Source of the DNA: a virus
Reading direction: 5' to 3' (one strand)
IMG/VR virus record: IMGVR_UViG_3300032242_002232
Coordinates: 1 to 64,000 of that record
DNA: 64,000 nt
Positions 38,627 to 45,244 of the stretch are shown piece by piece. The translations under genes were made by a program, and so were the position numbers. Below the pieces are notes generated by a model that was not told where the DNA came from, made no database searches, and worked only from the letters and a program-made list of their open reading frames with translations. Positions within the stretch are counted from its first letter, which is position 1. Each line of letters opens with the position of its first letter.

Positions 38627-38731
38627 CTACCTCTTTCTCCTGTTGATGATTGATGTGAGCACGATAGTAATGCTTAGCATTACCATAATGCAAACGATTG
38701 AGTTCTCAGATATATCAAACGATACTGACAT
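38627..38731 (-). CDS. 34-aa single-TM peptide (not in ORF track)
   Basis: MSVSFDISENSIVCIMVMLSITIVLTSIINRRKR; SD GAAGGG. Confidence 0.55.
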   Translation of the reverse strand: MSVSFDISENSIVCIMVMLSITIVLTSIINRRKR

Positions 38732-38754
38732 ATTGATCCCTTCTATCTACCACG

Positions 38755-39007
38755 ATGGCAGATAAGTACACCAACCTGATATCCCGAATCTATTGTCCAG
38801 ACACGAGTTTTTTACGGACTCATTGTTTTGACTTCTACTTCGTTAGTAGAGACGCGTTTCGGCTACGCCTAACGCCTTCAATGCGTGTCCTCAAGCTGAT
38901 CAATGCTAGATTACAAGGTCTTTTTCCAACATAGAGTTATAGTCAGTTGTGCGCCTATGCCGGGGAAAACGGCGATGTTCAACCAGGTTGATGTACTTAC
39001 CTGCCAT
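38755..39007 (-). ncRNA. about 250-nt structured RNA closed by a 24-bp stem
   Basis: 38755-38778 vs 38984-39007; both mismatches are G-U only on the - strand. Confidence 0.65.
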
Positions 39008-39014
39008 AATAATG

Positions 39015-39166
39015 AGGAGCAAGGCTATGGAAAAGGGAGGAACGTCACCAGCAGCTCCTCTAGCTTTTATTGCACATTCCTTCGAGTTCCGCTGGTCTAC
39101 CAATATGTGGCTGGATATATCGGGGAATATAGAACCACCTAGCATCCTAGTCATAGCCTTGCTCCT
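39015..39166 (-). ncRNA. about 150-nt structured RNA closed by a perfect 15-bp stem
   Basis: AGGAGCAAGGCTATG/CATAGCCTTGCTCCT; strand inferred from the operon. Confidence 0.6.
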
Positions 39167-39196
39167 GCCCTACATTCTGTCTGACGGGACAGAACC

Positions 39197-39298
39197 CTAT
39201 TTGTGCTCTCTCATATGATTCATGAGAGTCATGTATGCAAATGAAGATCTAACCTCAATTTGTTTTTTACATACTTCACATATAACTATTTTGCTCAA
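39197..39298 (-). CDS. 33-aa C2H2 zinc-finger peptide (not in ORF track)
   Basis: MSKIVICEVCKKQIEVRSSFAYMTLMNHMREHK; TTGA coupling. Confidence 0.6.
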   Translation of the reverse strand: MSKIVICEVCKKQIEVRSSFAYMTLMNHMREHK

Positions 39299-39558
39299 GA
39301 CAAGAGCCGTTTCTTGAAGTCTAATGACGCCTCTTCGATTGTCTCAAAATAGTGACCCCAATAACAGCGACCACTTTCATGATGATAAATCCATGTAACA
39401 AATGGGTGATAGGTGCTGGCAGGAGCATGACATAGGATTACATCACACTCGATATCAGCACTAACCTTGTTTGCAAGAATAGTGGCGCCTGTAGAGACAC
39501 CACCATCTCCCTGTAATACTGTGCCTACCTGAATGGTAGATACTATAGGCCGGCTCAT
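39295..39558 (-). CDS. hypothetical protein
   Basis: PFVTW...YWGHYF. Confidence 0.65.
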   Translation of the reverse strand: MSRPIVSTIQVGTVLQGDGGVSTGATILANKVSADIECDVILCHAPASTYHPFVTWIYHHESGRCYWGHYFETIEEASLDFKKRLLS

Positions 39559-40184
39559 ATTGCCTCAATCTCTGCTTTAGCAGCATCAAGTGCTTCTTGC
39601 TGTAATGCTAGTTCAGCAAGCTTGGCTTCTTTGAGCTTTACCTTAGCTGTGCTTAGATAAGACACCAACTCTTCAGCCTCTTGTAGACTGATAGTAATTG
39701 TCTTACCTTTCGTAACTTCAATCTTGTTAGAGTGTGGGTTGATCTCATAACTGAGAGCACTGTCACAATAACAATATGATGAACGACATTTGCACATAGG
39801 TTTATCCTCCTCTTCCTTTTCTTGATTATAGAATTGGGGCTTCTTATCACCCTCTTCTATTAGCCTGATATTACTAAGCCACATAGTTCTACGAACTACG
39901 TTGGCACCTTCTTCATTAGAGCCATAAGACCAGTAGCGGTCGTACATACCAGATTTGTTTGTATATCGGCTGGGCATTTCCATCAGCACAGCGACATCAC
40001 GATTTCTAGCACCTACGGCTACTACCTTCCATTTATGTGTTGCGTACCTATCACGATTAGAGGTGACAGTATCGCCGGGGAATATTTTTGATATACCCCA
40101 GTAGTAATACCGATTCTCTTCTAACTCAGGATAGTCTTTACGAAACCGCTCTAATGTCATAGCATTTGGTAATACTCGACCCAT
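39555..40184 (-). CDS. hypothetical protein
   Basis: SD AAGGAG. Confidence 0.65.
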   Translation of the reverse strand: MGRVLPNAMTLERFRKDYPELEENRYYYWGISKIFPGDTVTSNRDRYATHKWKVVAVGARNRDVAVLMEMPSRYTNKSGMYDRYWSYGSNEEGANVVRRTMWLSNIRLIEEGDKKPQFYNQEKEEEDKPMCKCRSSYCYCDSALSYEINPHSNKIEVTKGKTITISLQEAEELVSYLSTAKVKLKEAKLAELALQQEALDAAKAEIEAI

Positions 40185-40198
40185 TAGAGTCTCCTTTA

Positions 40199-40315
40199 CT
40201 AGTCGTTACACGTCTTATTGTGTAACCTATAAAACAGCGAGTCAACTACTGGAATTTTCCACCAAATTGACCACCATTTATTGTGGTTGTACATACTGCA
40301 GATGAGACTGCTCAT
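40199..40315 (-). CDS. 38-aa peptide (not in ORF track)
   Basis: SD GGAGG; MSSLICSMYNHNKWWSIWW... Confidence 0.4.
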   Translation of the reverse strand: MSSLICSMYNHNKWWSIWWKIPVVDSLFYRLHNKTCND

Positions 40316-40325
40316 GCACCCTCCT

Positions 40326-40469
40326 TTACTTGCAATTAGAGCAATAGTTCATAACTCTTACTTCAGACGGGGCAACAGAATAGACGCGGGAACAATGAGA
40401 GCAGGTAACCTGTGTCATTGGAGTCTTAGTCTTAGGTGTAAACCCCACCTTGATAGATATATGGAACAT
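40326..40469 (-). CDS. Zn-ribbon peptide
   Basis: SD AAGGAGG; CSHC...CSNC. Confidence 0.6.
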   Translation of the reverse strand: MFHISIKVGFTPKTKTPMTQVTCSHCSRVYSVAPSEVRVMNYCSNCK

Positions 40470-40645
40470 AATGCCTCCTTCCACTCCCATAAGGAGTGGG
40501 GGATACACAAGGAAGAATACCTACACACTCATCAAAGAGTCTCAGTAGTAAGTCTTATGTATCCTCCACCTCATACGGAACAGCAGCGCAGCCTTTCGCG
40601 GGGAAAATAGGGGCGAGAGGGCGAACTCATAGTTAAAATGGCAAT

Positions 40646-40692
40646 AAAAAAAGCCCCAGTCATATAGCAATTACACTATACAACTGGGGCTT
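40646..40692 (-). terminator. intrinsic terminator
   Basis: AAGCCCCAGTTGTATAG/CTATATGACTGGGGCTT + T7. Confidence 0.75.
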
Positions 40693-40716
40693 ACGTAAAA
40701 AAAGGGCGGGGGGAAA

Positions 40717-40872
40717 CTAATCTATGGGACTATCATCTATAGAGAGAGCATAAGACTCATCTGCTACACCAGCCTCATAGCCATCCCACCATGCTGTCCT
40801 GTATGTAAAGAACCATACAAGGAAGCCTATAACTAGATCAATCAAGAGATTGAATCCATTGTAGAACATCAT
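40717..40872 (-). CDS. small membrane protein
   Basis: SD AGGAGG; one TM helix. Confidence 0.6.
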   Translation of the reverse strand: MMFYNGFNLLIDLVIGFLVWFFTYRTAWWDGYEAGVADESYALSIDDSPID

Positions 40873-40999
40873 ACCTAACCTCCTAACTAAGAGAAGGAGG
40901 CAAGGCATAGAGGCAGAGCACACTTAGTGATTTAAGCTAATAGCACCTCTACACCTGCCAACCATCTTTTCACCCTCTGAGATAGAGAGTCATAAGCCA

Positions 41000-41015
41000 T
41001 GTTTCACGTGGAACA
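41000..41015. promoter_or_regulatory. parS: parS centromere-like site
   Basis: TGTTTCACGTGGAACA; reverse complement TGTTCCACGTGAAACA fits consensus TGTTNCACGTGAAACA; intergenic. Confidence 0.8.
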
Positions 41016-41124
41016 TAGCCTATGGCAAACTACCTGATAAGAGCAGTCCGCCCCCTCTCCAGAGCTGGTTATATAGATGGAGAGAGGGCAGACCGCTTGA
41101 GCAGTGGCTTTTATTTCCTGCCGA

Positions 41125-41679
41125 TTAGATAATGGCGCTAATCAACGCTTGGACTGCACGGAGTTGAGCCTTCTCAACATCCGAGATGTCCTGACCTAGA
41201 ATTGCCTCAAGTGATGACTTGAAAGCGGGTGTTGTCTCTCCAAGAGAAGCCTTAGAAGCCTTGAGAGCCTCTGACTGAGCCTTCTTAGCAAGAGCAACCT
41301 CAGCAGCGCGTGAGGCTAGAACCTCTGCTGCATCAGCCTTACCGAGTTGAGCCTTGATTTCCTCCCAATGAATTGAGGTGAAAGCGGCAACAACATCAGC
41401 GTCAATGCCCTGAGCAATAAGAGCACCGAGATAGACAGGTCGTTGGAAGCCATTGGTGAGGAACTTCTTATCAACAGACTCAGCGTCTGTCTTGTCCCCA
41501 CGATTAGTCATGGCTTCAACTACCTGAACACGGACATCGCTCAGGATAGAGTCGGGTGTATCCCCACCCATAATGGCGTCCGCAACTGCACGGCGAACCT
41601 CAGGGGCAGAGAGATTAGCATTACCAGCGTCAAAGACGCGGGTTGCTACTGATACACGGGTATCTGTCATTGTAGACAT
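41125..41679 (-). CDS. first gene of the leftward early operon, Ala-rich helical protein
   Basis: SD GAAGG before ATG 41679. Confidence 0.7.
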   Translation of the reverse strand: MSTMTDTRVSVATRVFDAGNANLSAPEVRRAVADAIMGGDTPDSILSDVRVQVVEAMTNRGDKTDAESVDKKFLTNGFQRPVYLGALIAQGIDADVVAAFTSIHWEEIKAQLGKADAAEVLASRAAEVALAKKAQSEALKASKASLGETTPAFKSSLEAILGQDISDVEKAQLRAVQALISAII

Positions 41680-41740
41680 AGTATTACCTTCTAGGAGTAG
41701 GGGTATCCATACACGGTGTATGCGATAGAGCCTACGCCCG

Positions 41741-41813
41741 TGTGCTGTGTGGAATCGAACAGGTAAAGGGAATACCCCCCATAAGGGCACATGGCTAGTC
41801 ACCAGACCAGCAC
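41741..41813 (-). ncRNA. second, degenerate tRNA-like element
   Basis: GTGCTG...GTC-TGGT-GAC...GTTCGATTC-CACA-CAGCAC-A. Confidence 0.4.
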
Positions 41814-42165
41814 GAAGGCAGGATAGAACGCGAGCACACTTGGTAATTTATGGAATAAAAAAACCACAGCGATAACGATTGCCAGAAAATAGGCATAGTT
41901 ATCCTGTGGAGTGTGCGGGCTACATCATCAACCGCGTTCACATATATTCTATTCTTGTTACCATCTTGTCTTTTATGCCCCCTATGGGTTAAATGTGACT
42001 TATGTAACTTATCGCCAGGTGAGACAGGCAACCATGACTATGATTTGTGGGGCAGTGGCCTAAAAATTTTCAAGGTCGGGGGAATTTCAGGCAGTGGCTA
42101 GGAATAAATTCGCTGGGGAAGGTGTTATTGTTAGCTGTCCTGCCCGATCGGGGGGATAAAACAAC

Positions 42166-42185
42166 TTCTCGTCTAAGGAGAGAAA
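42166..42185 (+). promoter_or_regulatory. ROSE-like SD-sequestering hairpin
   Basis: TTCTC(G)TC-TAAG-GAGAGAA masks AAGGAG of hsp20. Confidence 0.5.
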
Positions 42186-42187
42186 GA

Positions 42188-42619
42188 ATGCATACTCATG
42201 TCTACACACCAACACCTAATCTCAACTCTATTTATCCTGGGATCAATCGCTGGGCTATTGGATTTGATCCTCTATTTCAAACGCTGGGGCAAATTTCTCA
42301 AGCTAAAGATACGTATCCGCCATATAACGTCCGTAAAGACGGGGAAAACTACATCCTAGAGATGGCTGTGGCCGGTTTTGCCAAGGATGAGCTATCAGTT
42401 ACAGTCAAGGAGCAGACTCTTACTGTCAAAGGCTCTAAGGAGGACTCAGAGGCTGAATACCTACATCAGGGAATCAGTGCTCGTGACTTCTATCGTGACT
42501 TTGCTTTGGCTGAATACGTCTCTGTCAAGTCAGCAAAGATAGTTGACGGGCTGCTGACAATCGTTCTTCTTCAAGAGTTGCCAGAGGAGAAGAAGGAAAA
42601 GATCATCACTATCAAGTGA
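42188..42619 (+). CDS. hsp20: small heat-shock protein Hsp20/IbpA
   Basis: IGFD, YPPYNV, EMAVAGF, YLHQGIS.R.F.R.F.LAE, DGLLTI, PEEKK. Confidence 0.95.
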   Translation: MHTHVYTPTPNLNSIYPGINRWAIGFDPLFQTLGQISQAKDTYPPYNVRKDGENYILEMAVAGFAKDELSVTVKEQTLTVKGSKEDSEAEYLHQGISARDFYRDFALAEYVSVKSAKIVDGLLTIVLLQELPEEKKEKIITIK

Positions 42620-42631
42620 TATGCTTCGGTA

Positions 42632-42757
42632 ATGACTGAACTTACTAATGTAGAGGGCACTATCAAGGTTTGCAGGGTCTGTAGCCCAACAGCTAAGACG
42701 CCTTGTCAGCTAGCGGCCACAATTTGTCCGTATAGAGACATTAATACTCTAGCTTAA
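42632..42757 (+). CDS. 41-aa Cys4 peptide, leaderless (not in ORF track)
   Basis: TATGCT-6-ATG; CRVC...C...CPY. Confidence 0.45.
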   Translation: MTELTNVEGTIKVCRVCSPTAKTPCQLAATICPYRDINTLA

Positions 42758-42767
42758 GTCATTACCT

Positions 42768-42838
42768 TCCCAGATCGTCTAATGGCAGGACGGGTGCCTC
42801 TGGAGCATCTAATCGTGGTTCGAGTCCATGTCTGGGAG
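42768..42838 (+). tRNA. tRNA-Gln (CTG), CCA not encoded
   Basis: TCCCAGA/TCTGGGA, GGTGC-CTCTGGA-GCATC, CGTGG-TTCGAGT-CCATG. Confidence 0.92.
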
Positions 42839-42842
42839 CAAG

Positions 42843-42871
42843 TTGCGATACAAAATAGTTAATGTTAGGAT
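42843..42871 (+). promoter_or_regulatory. SigA-type promoter for leaderless HNH gene
   Basis: TTGCGA-17-(TGt)TAGGAT-6-ATG. Confidence 0.65.
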
Positions 42872-42877
42872 TTCTTC

Positions 42878-43327
42878 ATGGCTAAACTTAATTACAACGT
42901 ACTTACAGAATCTAACCTTACTGAGGCCTTTTGGTCTAAAATTGAGAAGACAGACAGCTGCTGGTTTTGGAGAGGTCGTCTTGATGATGGATATGGAAGA
43001 GCTCCCCTAGTAAAAGGAAGCCCCTCTCTCTATGGCGTCCATAGAGCTATGTTTGCTATCTTCAACGAACCCACTAAACCTGGTCTGGTAGTAGATCACA
43101 TCTGTAGACAACGCGCCTGTTGCAACCCCGCCCATCTACGCCAAGTCACCATCTCAGAAAATACCAAAGGCCATATACCCAACTCATTCAAAGATATCTG
43201 CCCCAATGGCCATTTCCTCTCTGGAGATGATGCTGAGGTCTATTACAGCATGCGTAAGCCCCGCCATGGAGATGCTGAGGTCTTGCACCTTGTCTGCTCC
43301 ATATGTAACTATCCTCAAGTAGCATAG
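42878..43327 (+). CDS. HNH endonuclease
   Basis: FWSKI..CWFW.G..GYG..VHR..VDHIC..CCNPAHL..EN. Confidence 0.9.
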   Translation: MAKLNYNVLTESNLTEAFWSKIEKTDSCWFWRGRLDDGYGRAPLVKGSPSLYGVHRAMFAIFNEPTKPGLVVDHICRQRACCNPAHLRQVTISENTKGHIPNSFKDICPNGHFLSGDDAEVYYSMRKPRHGDAEVLHLVCSICNYPQVA

Positions 43328-43362
43328 ATGTAAGTACCAAAATCCCCGCGAAAGGTGGCTCC

Positions 43363-43524
43363 ATGCCAAATTATGATTACAAGTGCAGCAGCTGTGGGAT
43401 GACAAGAGAGATCTACCGAGAATTTGGTGAGGACTCTGTACCGACATGTTGTCAGAGCTCTATGGACCGAGTGTGGTCTGCGACACCTACGATCTTCCGT
43501 GGCGGTGGGTGGGGAGGACAATAA
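43363..43524 (+). CDS. FmdB-family Zn-ribbon protein (not in ORF track)
   Basis: MPNYDYKCSSCG...PTCC..MDRVWS...IFRGGGWGG. Confidence 0.8.
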   Translation: MPNYDYKCSSCGMTREIYREFGEDSVPTCCQSSMDRVWSATPTIFRGGGWGGQ

Positions 43525-43571
43525 AGTCCCCAACGTGCTAGGATACTCTCAACAATAACGAGAGGGTATTT

Positions 43572-44138
43572 GTGACTACACTTGCCGCCATTCAAGGCGA
43601 TGGCTGGGCTGTAATTGGTTGCGATTCCCGCGCATCTGATGAGGATGGTCGTTATATGAATCTTGCAACATCAAAGATCATTGATAACTCCGGAGTATTG
43701 ATTGCTGTCTCTGGCGCATCCCGTGGTGGAAACATTGCACAGTTTGGTTGGAAACCACCAAAACCTCGTGTCACTGAAGATTTAGATCTTTTCATGACAA
43801 AAAAGTTTATTCCCTCCCTTCGTGAAGCTTTTATTAAATCTGGCTTTGAAGGTAAGGAAGATGGAGATGCCGCCTGGCACGACTCCAATCTTCTAGTATG
43901 TGTGCGCGGCGTCATCTACCCAATCTTTAATGATTATTCTTGGGACCGTGAAGCCCGCAATGTATACTATGCCGGATCTGGTGGAGACATCGCTCTCGGC
44001 GCTTTAGAAGTTCTTGACTACCAAAAGATTAAATCACCTGCGGCCGCCGAAAAAGCTTTGCGACGTTCCATTGAAGCAGCCATCAAACACGACATCTACT
44101 CTGGTGGAGAGATTCACACTTACGTCCAAGAGGCGTAA
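43572..44138 (+). CDS. HslV/proteasome-beta Ntn peptidase
   Basis: MTTLAA (Thr nucleophile), CDSR, SKI, GSGG..ALGAL, DIYSGG. Confidence 0.85.
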   Translation: MTTLAAIQGDGWAVIGCDSRASDEDGRYMNLATSKIIDNSGVLIAVSGASRGGNIAQFGWKPPKPRVTEDLDLFMTKKFIPSLREAFIKSGFEGKEDGDAAWHDSNLLVCVRGVIYPIFNDYSWDREARNVYYAGSGGDIALGALEVLDYQKIKSPAAAEKALRRSIEAAIKHDIYSGGEIHTYVQEA

Positions 44139-44196
44139 TCACAAAAGTCCCCGCGTTTCGACTAATATATTAAAGATAAACCTGAGACTATTAGCC

Positions 44197-44466
44197 ATGG
44201 CATTAGAAAAAGATCAACTCAAACACGACAAAAAAAGAAAACATCTTATAGTCGGAGGGGTTGTTGTTCCCACATTTAGTTTTTGGGGTGGTGGCTACTA
44301 CAATCAAAATGGGCTGACTATGGCTACACAGGGCGAAGAAGCCCACGAATCCGCTCAAACAGAAGCTTCAGAAAACGAGTCAGGAGAGACCAGTGCTACA
44401 ACATCAGGATCAGCCGCTGCTGGAGGAGACGCCTCAGCCGGTGGAGGAGCTGGGAGCGCGATGTGA
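44197..44466 (+). CDS. hypothetical protein
   Basis: Probably leaderless; low-complexity tail. Confidence 0.5.
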   Translation: MALEKDQLKHDKKRKHLIVGGVVVPTFSFWGGGYYNQNGLTMATQGEEAHESAQTEASENESGETSATTSGSAAAGGDASAGGGAGSAM

Positions 44467-44608
44467 CCGGTGCTCTGCTAGAGCGCTAGTCCTATGCACC
44501 CTTCCTGCGGGAAATCTATACTTCTGCATGCATCATTACAATGATTTCTCCCTTGTCCTTACAAAACAGGGCGCGGTTGCTAAACTTCTTACTTCTGATA
44601 ACAGTTAG
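44393..44608 (+). CDS. small Zn-binding protein
   Basis: RCDRCSA...LYFCMHH. Confidence 0.6.
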   Translation: MLQHQDQPLLEETPQPVEELGARCDRCSARALVLCTLPAGNLYFCMHHYNDFSLVLTKQGAVAKLLTSDNS

Positions 44609-44617
44609 GACGTAGGG

Positions 44618-45244
44618 ATGCCGAATAACAATCCTGGCAACAACCGTTTAGGTTGGTCAGTAAACGCCGGTAACGGATCCGGTAGAGTAATGGGCGGCAT
44701 TTTTGGCGCAGCACTTGGTGCTCTTGGCGACGCTCGTCGTACACAACAGCGTCTCCATGAGTTTGATTACAAAGAAAATGCAAAGCGCGAAACATATATG
44801 CAGCGCAAAGCAGCTGATGCTGCAACTCACTCTATGCGTGTAAACACAAATGAGCAGAGTGTGCTTAAAATAGCGGACATTCATAAAGATAAACAAAATT
44901 TTAATTACAACGCATCCAACGGAAGCATTAACTATTCACAACCATCTGACTATGCTGATAAGATGCAAAAGATTGCTGAAACAAACCTTGCAGCACAGAA
45001 GCTACGTAATCAACCAAGGCCTGACGCTAAAGATGCGGAACCGGCTACTGGAACTAAAAAAGCTCGCTCAACTAAAAAAACAGAAGCAGCAGCTAATGCT
45101 GGGGATGCTTGGGCCGCACAGCCTGTTGCTTCTCGTACTACATCTAACATTACGCCTCCTGCAAGCAATGCAGCACCTAGAGTAAGAAAACCTCGCGCAC
45201 CTCGTGCACCTAAGAACCCTGGACAATCCGGAGGAATGCAATAA
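44618..45244 (+). CDS. hypothetical protein
   Basis: Gly-rich N-terminus, basic tail. Confidence 0.6.
   Translation: MPNNNPGNNRLGWSVNAGNGSGRVMGGIFGAALGALGDARRTQQRLHEFDYKENAKRETYMQRKAADAATHSMRVNTNEQSVLKIADIHKDKQNFNYNASNGSINYSQPSDYADKMQKIAETNLAAQKLRNQPRPDAKDAEPATGTKKARSTKKTEAAANAGDAWAAQPVASRTTSNITPPASNAAPRVRKPRAPRAPKNPGQSGGMQ

Noticed and set aside
38850-38882. Hammerhead ribozyme (GGC-GUA-GCC-GAAACGCGUC on - strand)
   Set aside because: The required CUGANGA core is absent (UUGAAGG) and no stem I partner was found
38755-39166. Retron msr-msd or MITE
   Set aside because: No reverse transcriptase or transposase in the window, no target-site duplication, and G-U strand bias favours an RNA stem
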